Positions 1-10,999 are shown, counted from the first letter of the stretch. The stretch: 64,000 bases of DNA from Synechococcus sp. (GCA_047285535.1 JBJBDC010000001.1:96136-160135); one strand, 5' to 3'. The notes: generated by a model from the letters alone, not told the origin. Program-made: numbers and translations.

Positions 1-26
1 AATTTATAGGCTGAGTCATCGTCCCA

Positions 27-800
27 TTATGTCTTATTGAAGAGAGCTAATGCAGCCTCAGCTTGATCAGCATTGCTGGTGACCAGACCTGGAATAGCCG
101 CGAAAAGCACTTTCCCTGCATCTTCATCTCTTTCTCCTGATAAACACGCAGTGACTAAGGCAGCAGCCTCCTGGGGGGCCATGGCCTTATGGAGAGGCAA
201 CATGGTTTGGTCGACTAAACGTCGCAGCATGGGTGTTTCGACTGCACCCAGCGCTATGGAGAACGCTTTCACTCCAGTATCCACGGCTTCGACGTGAATC
301 GCTCTGGTTAAACCATCGAGTGCAGATTTCGTGATTCCGTAAGCGCCGTTCCGAGGAAAGGGCCAGAGCACAGCAAGTGATGACAAGTTGATGATGCGAC
401 CTTTAGCTTTGACTAATCCTGGCCATGCTTGCTGGATCAAGCGTATTGGTACACGCAGATTCGTCTCTAAAAGATAATCGAGATCAGTCTCTTCCCAATC
501 TGGAAACATCTTTGGCATAACGACTCCTGCATTATTGACTAAGCCATCGAGTTTTCCCCCTTTACCGAGTACGGCATCGACAACAACGCGTAGGTCGTCA
601 CGATTGGTTAAATCAGCGGTAACGATTTCTATTGAGCCCGCGGAGTTGCGGCAAATGGAGGCTGTCTCTTCGAGCAACGATTGCCGCCTTCCGCAGGTGA
701 TAACGTGAGCCCCTGATTCAGATAGATCACGAACAATGGCACGGCCAATGCCGCTACCTCCGCCTGTAACCAGATAAGTTTTCTTCTCTGATTGATTCAT
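27..800 (-). CDS. SDR family NAD(P)-dependent oxidoreductase
   Basis: TGGGSGIG Rossmann motif, NNAG, catalytic YGITK (YxxxK); 257 aa. Confidence 0.92.
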   Translation of the reverse strand: MNQSEKKTYLVTGGGSGIGRAIVRDLSESGAHVITCGRRQSLLEETASICRNSAGSIEIVTADLTNRDDLRVVVDAVLGKGGKLDGLVNNAGVVMPKMFPDWEETDLDYLLETNLRVPIRLIQQAWPGLVKAKGRIINLSSLAVLWPFPRNGAYGITKSALDGLTRAIHVEAVDTGVKAFSIALGAVETPMLRRLVDQTMLPLHKAMAPQEAAALVTACLSGERDEDAGKVLFAAIPGLVTSNADQAEAALALFNKT

Positions 801-1233
801 GGTTGCTTAGATTCAACAGTCAAGGATTGCCTGTGTTGTTTGAGGGAATTCATTGAGCGTGGATACGTGAGCTGGGAGGCAATCAGACATCAGGTCGGTC
901 AAAGAATGATGGAATGTCTTTGTGAGCATGTAGAGGCAGTCGTTGCAGAGATGCTTAGAAAGCAGCACAGGCTTAGCAAGGCTTTTGCGCAAAGGTTCTA
1001 GCTCATTCTGAGCTAACACCTGAAGGTTGGAAGCGAACGTTGTAGGTCTGCAAGATAGGACTTAACGAAAAACACACCTATTCCAAGCCAGAATGGGGTG
1101 CAAACAGTTATAAATTGTACATAAAAACAGAGCTGTAGTACATACAAGGATTGAATCCAGTGCTGAGCGGTGAGATCAGATCGATTCTTCTGTTCTTCTG
1201 TAATCGCTATGAGGCATGCGAATCAAGCAGAAA

Positions 1234-1656
1234 TCATGACAGAGGATTCCAATCGGGCGCCTCTGATACCTGCACCAACAGTAACTCCGATGGTGAATTA
1301 CCAATGGCCCAAGAGCGGTGTCCTTGATTGTTCCTTGTTCCCTGGTCGCCACCGAAACTAATATCGCCAGGTCCCATTTCCACAACCTTTCCGTCCATTG
1401 TTTCCACCCCCCAGCGCCCACGTAAGGGAATGATCCATTGAGGAGAAGGATTCTCATGCCACTCACCAACAACACCAGGCATTAAAATCGCAGTGACGAG
1501 TCGCGTGTCACCGGTTATGTGTTGCGCGTTCCATATCGCTGGAGTTCCCTTAGCGAATACAGACTGTTGGTGACCTTTGAGTGCATGAAGTGTTTGACAA
1601 CTGTCACCCCTTTTATCAACCCACACTCGCCAGTATTTGATAATTGGTGGATTCAT
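1234..1656 (-). CDS. Cupin domain protein
   Basis: Cupin-like motifs WHENPSPQWIIPLRG and GPGDISFGGD...GHRS. Confidence 0.8.
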   Translation of the reverse strand: MNPPIIKYWRVWVDKRGDSCQTLHALKGHQQSVFAKGTPAIWNAQHITGDTRLVTAILMPGVVGEWHENPSPQWIIPLRGRWGVETMDGKVVEMGPGDISFGGDQGTRNNQGHRSWAIGNSPSELLLVQVSEAPDWNPLS

Positions 1657-1941
1657 TTGGACATCGATTGTAAGTTGTGTTGATTATAATCTCTCTTTAT
1701 GTCTATGGAGATCTCTGTAGGCACAAGCAAAACTTGGTGAAACACGTTCTTTTTGGCAAGTATTAAAGATCTTCCAGTACGCCATAAGTGATGTTTGCGC
1801 GGTGATAAGTGCTAACGGTTTTTTCAGCTACCTCTAGACGTCAATTAAATACGTCGTGATCGACTCTCTCTCATCATTTGATTCATAAAAGTCTCAGAGA
1901 CTTAATGCATTCCTTGGCCTCTGAAGACCTATGGGGCTAAA

Positions 1942-1958
1942 CCGAACCTCAACCGTAC
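1942..1958. promoter_or_regulatory. Two CCGNAC (reverse complement GTNCGG) boxes upstream of dnaK; candidate Rre1/K-box-type heat-shock element
   Basis: CCGAAC at 1942-1947 and CCGTAC at 1953-1958, 11 bp apart, about 100 bp upstream of dnaK. Confidence 0.4.
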
Positions 1959-2051
1959 CTATATCTTTCTTGTTGAGGAAAACCCTCCCTGATTGTTGGG
2001 TTTGCCCTCTACCGTTGTTCCACTTATTCCAACAAGTATGTATCAACACGC

Positions 2052-3926
2052 ATGATCAAAATGACCAAAGTAGTTGGAATCGATCTAGGCACAACCAATA
2101 GCTGTGTCTCTGTGATTGAGGGTGGTATCCCAACGGTTATCGCTAATGCTGAGGGATTTCGAACAACCCCATCGGTTGTCGCCTACTCCAAAGGCAAAGA
2201 CCATTTGGTTGGACAGATTGCTAAACGCCAAGCGGTGATGAATCCGGAGAACACATTTGGATCCGTTAAACGCTTCATTGGACGTCGCTCCGATGAGATC
2301 ACCAATGAATCCAGGGATGTCCCCTACGCAGTTGAGTCAGAAGGAACCAAGGTCAAGCTCAAATCACCATTCATGGATAAGTCCTTCTCCCCAGAAGAAA
2401 TCAGTGCCAGTGTGCTGCGCAAGCTTGCTGATGACGCCTCCAAATATCTGGGTGAAACCGTGACGCAGGCCGTAGTGACTGTTCCTGCCTACTTCAACGA
2501 CTCTCAACGCCAGGCCACCAAAGATGCAGGGAAGATTGCGGGATTAGAAGTCCTGAGAATCATCAATGAACCCACTGCAGCAGCACTGGCTTATGGCTTG
2601 GACAAGAAAGATGCAGAGAAGATCCTTGTTTTTGACTTAGGAGGGGGAACCTTTGATGTCTCTGTCCTGGAGGTAGGCGATGGCGTCTTTGAAGTGATCA
2701 GCACTTGTGGTGATGATCATTTGGGTGGAGACAACTTTGACAAAGTCCTCGTTGACTACATGGCTGAGTCTTTCAAGAAGGATGAAGGTATCGATCTTAG
2801 ACATGACAGTCAGGCACTACAAAGACTCACAGAGGCAGCAGAGAAGATGAAGATCGAACTTTCATCCTCCACTCAGAGTGAGTTAAATCTGCCATTCATC
2901 ACTGCCACTGCGGATGGACCAAAACACCTAACCATGACGGTCACAAGAGGTCAATTTGAGGAGTTGTCTTCAGATTTGATCGACCGTTGTAAAAAGCCTA
3001 TTGATCAGGCTCTAAAGGATGCAAAACTCGCCATTTGCGATCTGAATGAAGTGGTGATGGTGGGAGGGAGTTCCCGCATTCCATCAGTACTAGAGCTGGT
3101 TAAGGCTGCGACAGGCAAAGAACCAAACCAAACCGTGAACCCTGATGAAGTAGTGGCGATTGGTGCTGCTATTCAGGGAGGTGTTCTATCGGGAGAGGTG
3201 AAAGACATTCTTCTCTTGGATGTCACTCCTCTATCTCTTGGAGTGGAGACGATGGGTAGTGTTGTGAATGTAATGGTTCCGAGAAATACAACCGTTCCCA
3301 CTCACAAAACGGAGATCTATTCCACGGCAATGGATGGACAAACCACAGTGGAAATTCATGTGCTGCAAGGTGAGCGCCAAATGGCCTCTGACAACAAGAG
3401 CCTGGGAACCTTCCGTCTGGATGGAATCACTCAAGCCCCTCGTGGTGTTCCTCAGGTCGAAGTGGCCTTTGACATCGATGCCAATGGCATCCTGAGTGTC
3501 ACCGCAAAGGACAAAGGATCAGGCAAGCAGCAAGCAATCACCATTACAGGGGCATCCACTTTGAGTGCGGAAGAAGTCGATCGGATGGTGAAAGATGCCG
3601 AGGCCAACGCTGACTCTGATCAGCTGAAGCGACAATCAATCGACACCAAGAATCAAGCTGAATCCATTCTTTATCAGGGTGAAAAACAACTTGCAGAACT
3701 TGGGGGAAAGGTTTCTCCTGAAGCTAAGACTAAAGTTGTGTTGGTTCTCAATGAACTCAAAGATGCCCTTCGCTCTGATGACACACAGATCATCAAGGAA
3801 AGAGTTGAAGCTGTCCAGTTGGCCCTTATGGAGATGGGCACCTCTGCATATCATCAGGAAGAATCCACCACCGATTCCCAGGATGATGATGTGATCGACG
3901 CTGAATTCGTTGACTCACCCAAGTGA
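2052..3926 (+). CDS. dnaK: Molecular chaperone DnaK (Hsp70), stand-alone paralog; probable start ATG 2061
   Basis: [37 protein letters not shown]-terminal VIDAEF. Confidence 0.97.
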   Translation: MIKMTKVVGIDLGTTNSCVSVIEGGIPTVIANAEGFRTTPSVVAYSKGKDHLVGQIAKRQAVMNPENTFGSVKRFIGRRSDEITNESRDVPYAVESEGTKVKLKSPFMDKSFSPEEISASVLRKLADDASKYLGETVTQAVVTVPAYFNDSQRQATKDAGKIAGLEVLRIINEPTAAALAYGLDKKDAEKILVFDLGGGTFDVSVLEVGDGVFEVISTCGDDHLGGDNFDKVLVDYMAESFKKDEGIDLRHDSQALQRLTEAAEKMKIELSSSTQSELNLPFITATADGPKHLTMTVTRGQFEELSSDLIDRCKKPIDQALKDAKLAICDLNEVVMVGGSSRIPSVLELVKAATGKEPNQTVNPDEVVAIGAAIQGGVLSGEVKDILLLDVTPLSLGVETMGSVVNVMVPRNTTVPTHKTEIYSTAMDGQTTVEIHVLQGERQMASDNKSLGTFRLDGITQAPRGVPQVEVAFDIDANGILSVTAKDKGSGKQQAITITGASTLSAEEVDRMVKDAEANADSDQLKRQSIDTKNQAESILYQGEKQLAELGGKVSPEAKTKVVLVLNELKDALRSDDTQIIKERVEAVQLALMEMGTSAYHQEESTTDSQDDDVIDAEFVDSPK

Positions 3927-3958
3927 TAAACGAATTTGAAACATCTCACGAGGACTTG

Positions 3959-3990
3959 GGGAAGGATCTCTTGGAGACCTTCCCTATTTC
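3959..3990 (+). terminator. Hairpin after dnaK, likely terminator
   Basis: GGGAAGG(A)TCTC-TTG-GAGACCTTCCC followed by TATTTC. Confidence 0.5.
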
Positions 3991-4544
3991 TTGGACTTTC
4001 CCTGGAGAGCAGAGTCAAGATCTCACTCGACTAGTCGATGAACCAGAGTTTCAGCCACTGCATTTCGCCCTGCATTCCCAACGACAAGACTGAATATAGA
4101 TGACTTCGTACGCAACTTCTCTTTCCCCTATAGTATGAATCTGTACCATGAGATTTAGACTTTTCAGAGTTGTCGTTTAACGGATAGATCCTTCAAGCCT
4201 TCTGAACATCTTACTGGTACTAAGATTGAGAATATGCATGCTCTTATCGACAATTATTTGGATAAAGGTGTTAGCCCTATCAGTAAAGGCTCTTCGTTAT
4301 TGCACAGACATGGAGCACCAAGAGGTGAACTAAATGTTCTTGAATGTTCAAATTTGGCGCAGTGGTGCCATCTCCTCATGGCTTTGGCTCGCTGGATTGG
4401 CTCGACAGATCTTTAATGGTGGCATGAAATAGCGTGTAAATAAACTGGCTATGTGATAATTAATGAAAATTGATAGCATTCAAATGCATTAATTTAGGCA
4501 CCATTCGTTTGAGCAAGTCTATCTTTTCGACTGAGATTATGTAG

Positions 4545-4718
4545 CTACTTTCTCCCGGGAGATTTCTGCTCGATCCTCCAGAACATGTCAGCCTGTTGAA
4601 CGCGTATCGTCGCACCCTCGAGTTGAGAATTCGCAATCATTGGAACTGTCATGATCGAGATTGCCAGCAGTGTGATCGATGCGGGCATCGCCAGCTTGAT
4701 CCAGTCGGTTTTCGTCAT
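4545..4718 (-). CDS. 57-aa small membrane or secreted protein (below ORF-track cutoff)
   Basis: Manual translation MTKTDWIKLAMPASITLLAISIMTVPMIANSQLEGATIRVQQADMFWRIEQKSPGRK; N-terminal hydrophobic segment. Confidence 0.6.
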   Translation of the reverse strand: MTKTDWIKLAMPASITLLAISIMTVPMIANSQLEGATIRVQQADMFWRIEQKSPGRK

Positions 4719-5551
4719 CTATGTTAAGGGGTGATTAAGGAGTGATCTCCTTCTTCTCTAGCAACGGGGCACTCTCTTGAAAAGCATGGTGAGTCAGTGA
4801 TTTGCATCCTCATTTGGAACTGGCTGAATTTCTCACCACTCAAGCTATTTCTGTGGAGGAATATGATGGCGTTATTGAAGAGTCAGTATCTTATGAAAAA
4901 GATTTAAATGTTTTCATATTTTACGCCGATGAAGTGAATGAAGGGGCAATTTTTTGCCAATTCGAGCTTTCGTAATCGTTTTCAGTCTCTCCTCCTGGGA
5001 GGGAAGAGCTTGTCATGTCTCCTCTCTCTTGATTGCTTAATCTTCCAAGTAGTATTGAAGTCCTTTGTTCTACTACTGCAGAGGAAAAACTATGTACAGA
5101 AGTTTCTTCTACTTGTATCAATTCTAGAGACTATGATACACGTCAAACGCTTAGAACGTTGACCTGTGATTACATCAAGAACTAAGAGACTCACTTAGAG
5201 AGTTCAGGCGAAGTGATATTCTTTCTTTCGCGGATTAAAAAGAGATCATAGGCTTTGCTTGCTCGACTCATGCTTCACGATAGTCTGATGAAATGCTTGG
5301 CCTGACTCTTTTTGGCATTACTCATTGATTCTATCAAATTGATTTCTATTCCCATTCAGAATCAAGTGATGCTAAATGAATTAAGGCTTATGTTAGTTGT
5401 CAGAATTTAGAGGTCTAGAAAATGGTTTCTTTAATGAAGAGTCTGAGTGAATGAATATCTAGCATGGAAGACTCATATAACCTGAGAGCTTCGTGATTTC
5501 AAGATCAGGATGATATCCCTTGCCTCCAGACCAATCCCGTGGTCATCGTAT

Positions 5552-5878
5552 TCATGATTCAGCTTGATAAGCAGTTTGAGGCCATAGCCTGTTGATTTCG
5601 TCGGCCTGGAGCTTGGCATTGAAATATTCCCACGTAATGTCGTTCACATCTGTTTCGGTATTGAAGTTGCTAGCTGCACTGTCTTCCCATCCAAGGTGTC
5701 TCAATTCGCCTGTTCGGCATCTGGAATCCTGCCGGATGGAGAGATTGATTGTGTCTGTGCGCCAAAGTGCATACTCATTCGCTACAACTACGCAGGGCTC
5801 TACTCCAAGTCGCTGGCTGTAATCACAGATTGAGTCACTGATACGTTTTGTTGACAAGGCGATATGAAATTTCTTCAC
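5552..5878 (-). CDS. VOC/glyoxalase-like protein (GTG start at 5878)
   Basis: KKFHIALST...DYSQRLG...YALWR...LRHLGW...DVNDITWEYF resembles the VOC fold pattern. Confidence 0.6.
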   Translation of the reverse strand: MKKFHIALSTKRISDSICDYSQRLGVEPCVVVANEYALWRTDTINLSIRQDSRCRTGELRHLGWEDSAASNFNTETDVNDITWEYFNAKLQADEINRLWPQTAYQAES

Positions 5879-6476
5879 TCCGCGTGTCCTTTCTTGAGTT
5901 GAGCTTAAGCAGCGTAGATGGTTCAGAGCTATCTTGTTGAAGAAGCCCCAAATCTCGTACTTCAACTCAAGCGTTGTTCAATCACGTCGTTGTGTTTTTA
6001 TAAAGAACAAAGAGAACACTTGAAATCCATTGGTTCTGGCTTGTAGGTGAGCGATTAATCATATTTCGATAGCGCTCATTGCAGACAATGAGGTTGGAAT
6101 GTTAGTCCCATTCAGCTTCTCTCCATGAGCTTCCCTCTATATAATGTAGTTGAATGGTCATCCTGCTGGAGCTGCTTTGTATTTTTCTTGATATCTATAG
6201 CTTAGGCATCTAGTCTGGCTCTAATTATTCAAAATCACAGTAGTATTGATCATCAAAGTTACATTTATTGGAAGAGCTTGTTCTGTCAGAGCAGTCTGTC
6301 TTCCTCGTCGCTGAATTGTGTTATCAGCTGTATTCCCTGAGGAAGAAGATTTAGTCTATGCTCCCTATCTTCTCACTCAGTATGCAAGGATTGAGCCAAC
6401 CATGCCCTGCACTTCTGGCCATAAATATTGGTGCTTCGAAATTGATATCTGATTCCTTTGAGTTGTCTCTAATCAA

Positions 6477-6707
6477 TCATTGCTCTTTGTATGCGAAGCC
6501 GTGAATGATAAAGAGCTCAATTAACCAAGTAGGCTCTTGGCCTGTTAGACAAAATTCATTTCCTTCTCCGTAGATCTTTGCGATAGTTTCAATGTTGTCT
6601 TCAATGTGAACTTTGAACCTTTCTGCTTCCATGAATATAGGTCCTAAAGAGCCGTCATTCATGGCATCCATGAATATTGAACATTCATCTCTGGTGTTTT
6701 TCGTCAT
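6477..6707 (-). CDS. Hypothetical protein, 76 aa
   Basis: Isolated ATG ORF with protein-like composition. Confidence 0.5.
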   Translation of the reverse strand: MTKNTRDECSIFMDAMNDGSLGPIFMEAERFKVHIEDNIETIAKIYGEGNEFCLTGQEPTWLIELFIIHGFAYKEQ

Positions 6708-7309
6708 GAGTTTAACGAAACGACAATGTAATGCCGTCTAAGTATAGAATCCTTATAGTGAGCATCATGCCCATTTGCGTATAGATGGAGTCTATTTACA
6801 AGTTGGTTTCACCTAAAAACATTAAGTTGTTGTTAGAGCAGTTTTATCAAAGTAGACAGTGTTTCGTCCGTTGAGTTCATGAGTTTCGCATCTTTAAAAA
6901 GGGATGGGGCCTGTTTAGATCAAGGATGACTTTACTTGTTGAGAATCACGCCATCGGAAGTTGAATTTTTCCGTTCCTATCCCTTACAGCGTAGTCGATG
7001 TGCTGGAGATGATTTGCTTGTAAACAACCAACGCTCTAATGTCTTGTCTATTCGCATAAGCTATCTGGTGAGGACTCTCGATGGTGATGCTGTGTTCAGC
7101 ATCATGGATTCTCAACTCTTGCCTCGTTCATACGTTTGCTTTGCTCATAGTCCGTAAGGATATTCAGGATAATCCCAAAACTGACTCGAAAAAATATAAA
7201 TTCTTTGATGATTTGGCTAGCATCGCTAAGCAAGTATGTGTTGATTAATAGTGATTTTTTGAATGGCTGGGTTTGCTCTCAGTCTTTGCAGGATTTCAGT
7301 GTGTTGGTT

Positions 7310-7558
7310 ATGGCGCCAATAATAAAACTTGTTGTAAAGGCGTTCCCATGTTTTGCTCTCGTCAGCAGAGATAGTGAAGGTCACGGCAATGTTTATGCGA
7401 AAGAGCCCCGTATGGAATTGGCAGCACCAGATGCGGGATGGGTGTTCCACGAGCGTGCCGAACAGCTCAATGGTCGCCTTGCAATGATTGGATTCGTCGC
7501 TGCGATAGCCACGGAACTGATCAGTGGCGAAGGCTTGCTACACGCCATTGGGCTTTAA
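7310..7558 (+). CDS. hli: High-light inducible protein (Hli/SCP); start uncertain
   Basis: AEQLNGRLAMIGF chlorophyll-binding motif followed by one TM helix; N-terminal NVYAKEP motif. Confidence 0.88.
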   Translation: MAPIIKLVVKAFPCFALVSRDSEGHGNVYAKEPRMELAAPDAGWVFHERAEQLNGRLAMIGFVAAIATELISGEGLLHAIGL

Positions 7559-7639
7559 TTCGTCAAAGCCGGTGTCTGCAGCCCACTGAGGCTGATGTGT
7601 CCTCCAGGGAGATGGACCTAAAGAGCAATGATGTTGGCC

Positions 7640-7664
7640 AGCCCCGCAATGAGCGGGGCTTTTT
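7640..7664 (+). terminator. Rho-independent terminator downstream of hli
   Basis: AGCCCCGC-AATGA-GCGGGGCT followed by TTTT. Confidence 0.8.
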
Positions 7665-7719
7665 GTTGATGGTTTGTGTCTGCTGACCTTTGGGCTTTTT
7701 GGTGGTCGTTCCTACAAAT

Positions 7720-7811
7720 AAGTTCCTAGGGATACATAACACTCAATGTGTTCCTGGGAACGGGAATGCGTCGTCATGAGGAGGGTTGCGGGAAGCCTTC
7801 CTCTTTTTTTT
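7720..7811 (+). ncRNA. Candidate small RNA: 16-bp 5' hairpin plus terminator
   Basis: 7722-7737 pairs fully with 7746-7761 using three G-U pairs; terminator stem 7778-7803 followed by a T8 run. Confidence 0.5.
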
Positions 7812-7867
7812 GGTTGCATTCATTCATGCTCCAGATGTGAAGCCTGGAAACAACTTGCTCTGATGGG

Positions 7868-7894
7868 GAGGGGGTGTGGAATCACCCCCTCTTT
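7868..7894 (+). terminator. Terminator-like hairpin, possibly the end of a second sRNA
   Basis: GAGGGGGTG-TGGAAT-CACCCCCTC-TTT, perfect 9-bp stem. Confidence 0.55.
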
Positions 7895-8759
7895 AATGTC
7901 GTCATGAGAGGTCTGGCTTCTGGTCTTGAGAATCGCAGGTGATGGATTGGTTGTCCTGTGATTGGACTGTGAAGAGTGCTGATCGAATGAGTTGAGGTTG
8001 CATCCATCGATGCGATTGAGCCTGTGGTGCGTCCTCCCCAGGATGTTGGTTTGCGGCTTACAGCACCAACGAAAAAGCGTTGGGCTGAAATTTTCTTGAT
8101 GGAGGTCTCCTCAATGCTTGTCCTGATTTCTTAGTCTGTAGGCTGCGCGAGAAGCTCAACCCTTTGTTTATTCCGGGATAGGGCAACGATCAAGGACTGA
8201 TCGTCACTGTCTCCGCCAATTATGTTGTTGTCTCGGCGTTGTTGTGGAGCGATTTCAGCAAGCCAAGTGACATCCATTTTGAACTAAACTCCATACTATA
8301 AGTATTGATTCCAGGCGGCATCCTTGCCTCTTCAACTGGTGCGATCGTCGAAACTGATCAATAAGTTGGCTTGCTTGAACTCGATGCAGGAAGCTTTTTT
8401 AGGATCTCTCACCATCTGTAAGAGGTGGGAGTCGTTCACAGCTCGTCAGATCATTATGTTTTCGCCGAAGGGCTGGTTTGTGTTGAAAAAAATCGACGTT
8501 CGCACTCCTGACGATTGAGCTTCAAACGGCATTGAATGCAATGAACATGGGTTGCATCGTTGCCTTGTGTGGGGTGATGGCTTTCTGTACCCAGACTCAT
8601 TTGATCACTGAGTCAAACTATGCCAATTCGTGAATTCTATCCCACGTTTTGTTGATCTGTTTTTTCATGCTCAATGGCCTTGGCTCCATGCCTTTGCCAT
8701 GAGGCCCGAGTCCTTGGCCGCCTGTACGTTTTAGTGCTTAGGATGTTTTGCTGATGCCT

Positions 8760-9845
8760 CTACTGGTCGATCCCAGCTGCGCTGATCAGACGTAGCTGCA
8801 CTGGCGGGATGAGCGCCTGAACCTGCAAAAACGCTGCTTCGCGCAATCGTCGATTGCTTGTGTGTTCTGACCGCATTGCTTCTCCAGCGTGACTGATCAA
8901 GGCGGCTTGGCAGCAGCGCTGAGCCAGGATAAGAGCTGCTGCCCGGAGGTCATAGTGCGTTGCCTCCGACAGAGTATTGGGGTTGTCGGTAGCGGCATAA
9001 CAGCGTGCTCGCAGATCTCTTGCTTCCTCTAAGAGTTGTCGGCCTACGTTGAGCCAGATCTCTCGATCACGGCGTGCTGCTTGTTGTTCAAGATCGGCTA
9101 GGGCTGCTCGGATCAGCCCGAAGGCAGCTGGATTCGCAAACCGGGTACGGGCCTGATCGGCTAGGCGCCATTCCTTGATTGGCGTCGTACTCATCAAAGC
9201 CCCCTCGTTGATGAGAAACCTCTCGAACATCGCTGGGCGACTCCATGTGCCATTCATCACCATCAGCTCCAAAGGTGGTTGGATGTGTAAACCCGGAGGG
9301 AACGATGAGCGCAGCTGTTTTGATAAAAGAAAGCCCAAAACCGGTGCGTCTGCCTCCTTCCCTGCCCTGATTTGCAAGGCCACAACGTCAGCCAGATCCC
9401 AGCCCGTGATCCAGTCCAGCTTGCCGTTCAGCTCCCAGCCATCGTTCACTGCTTGAGCGATGGGGTTGGCCTGGCCAGGCCTACGTAAATGCGCGAAGGC
9501 TGTGGCACCAACCGCCTTGCCGCACTCCATGAGATTCAGCCAACGATCTTTGAGGGTCGTGTTTTCTGAGCCCTGCAGCAGACGTAAGGGCGACTGGTGC
9601 TGCGCCCAACAAAACCACACTGCGACGTCAGCCATGGCTAGTCGTTCAGCCCGCTCACGCTGCAGAGGCACTGATGGTGCCAGTCCCAGCCAGCCAATGG
9701 CAGCCAATTGATCCATCACTGAGCGAGGTAATCCCTTGCGCTCATGCTGTTCTGCGTTTGCTGTAATCAAAGCCAGCAAGACTTCTGCCGCAGAGTCCGC
9801 CGCTATCCCTTCGTCGTAGGGCCCCAAGGGATCATGCATAGACAT
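8760..9845 (-). CDS. Acyl-CoA dehydrogenase family protein
   Basis: GWELNGKLDWITG motif, GATAFAH, C-terminal HAGEAM...RRLREA helix; about 360 aa. Confidence 0.8.
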   Translation of the reverse strand: MSMHDPLGPYDEGIAADSAAEVLLALITANAEQHERKGLPRSVMDQLAAIGWLGLAPSVPLQRERAERLAMADVAVWFCWAQHQSPLRLLQGSENTTLKDRWLNLMECGKAVGATAFAHLRRPGQANPIAQAVNDGWELNGKLDWITGWDLADVVALQIRAGKEADAPVLGFLLSKQLRSSFPPGLHIQPPLELMVMNGTWSRPAMFERFLINEGALMSTTPIKEWRLADQARTRFANPAAFGLIRAALADLEQQAARRDREIWLNVGRQLLEEARDLRARCYAATDNPNTLSEATHYDLRAAALILAQRCCQAALISHAGEAMRSEHTSNRRLREAAFLQVQALIPPVQLRLISAAGIDQ

Positions 9846-9905
9846 CAGCAGAAAGCCCAATGCCTCAAACTATGGTTTCGAGAGACCTATCGAGCCAAAG
9901 TAAGA

Positions 9906-10058
9906 TCAGTTATTGGCTCGTTTGCAATTCAGCAATAGTGACCTCTCGACGGAATCGAGACATGAATCAGCTCTAAGAAAACTCACTTGTGTCTTCTCTG
10001 ATACGAATGAGGCTCTTAATGATTCAATAGAAGCAATGAGAACGTTCAGCGTTTTCAT
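9906..10058 (-). CDS. Hypothetical 50-aa protein
   Basis: ATG-started part of the 9906..10172 ORF (MKTLNVLIASIESLRAS...). Confidence 0.4.
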   Translation of the reverse strand: MKTLNVLIASIESLRASFVSEKTQVSFLRADSCLDSVERSLLLNCKRANN

Positions 10059-10184
10059 TGCAACGGTCTTGAATTGAATCAAAATGTCATCAACCAGTCG
10101 ACAGACTGAGTTCTCAGAACATGAATTGAATACCCGCCCCTGACTGTATATCCTTGAAAGAGCGTTAATCAATAATCTGAAATT

Positions 10185-10544
10185 TTAATTGGACAAAATT
10201 TTCATGCAAACTTTTCTAGCATCCCAGAAATCAGTGCCGACTTTTTTCCTCATGCAGTTGTCATAAAGTTCTGACTTTGCTAATAGCTCTTTGCTCGAAT
10301 CGGGTAACTGGTCTCTGATTTGATCCCTGGCATCTTTGATTTCACTTCTTTCATACTTGGCTTGGACTTGTTCAATTTCATCATCTTTTTGCCAGTTTTT
10401 CCAAAGAAGATCATTTGTCCAGGCTTTAGTATCTGGATCCAGTCTCTTTGAGGAGAGTGCCTTTGTTTGAGGGTTTTCGTCGTGGAAAACATTAGTGCAT
10501 CCGGCGATGAATAGCAGTGTTAGTGCGATGAGAAGGCGCTTCAC
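10185..10544 (-). CDS. Putative lipoprotein
   Basis: GTG start, KRLLIALTLLFIAG-C lipobox. Confidence 0.65.
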   Translation of the reverse strand: MKRLLIALTLLFIAGCTNVFHDENPQTKALSSKRLDPDTKAWTNDLLWKNWQKDDEIEQVQAKYERSEIKDARDQIRDQLPDSSKELLAKSELYDNCMRKKVGTDFWDARKVCMKILSN

Positions 10545-10999
10545 GTTGACTGCGTGGTGAGTTGACGATATTAACCGATAATTCAATCAATAATGAATTG
10601 AGTTAAAAAATAAGATAACTATGCCGATCGATGAAATCTAGAGAGGGCAGATGATTTCTTTGTGTTTGCATTGTAATCAGTCAAGCAGCCATAATTCCTT
10701 TGTACACTTAAAAATCATTCCGTCTATTTTAATCTTTTGATAGCTTTTCATCTTGTTGAAGGCATTTTTGCTGGCAAGAATAAGCACAATAGAAGACGAT
10801 GATTCGATTGAAGCAGCAATTGATAAGCCAGTTTAATGGCTTGAAAGTCCTTAAAGCCACCCTCATCCCCCGCATTTTCGCACTATCAGCGACGTATCCC
10901 TAGTTCCGCAGACCTATTTAGACAACCAAATCGTCTTCTCGATCAACCTCTTTGTGTTGACTTTTCCAGCTTTCACCGCACCTTAGATGCTTTACAGTC

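Noticed and set aside
792..1019. Two opposing ~68-aa ORFs or a riboswitch upstream of the SDR gene
   Set aside because: No recognisable protein or riboswitch motif; cannot be supported without a search.
7707..7765. CGTTCC...GGAACGGG as a glutamine (glnA/Downstream-peptide) riboswitch
   Set aside because: Only short terminal matches; the internal consensus is not evident and a terminator rather than an ORF follows, so it is kept only as an unassigned sRNA candidate.
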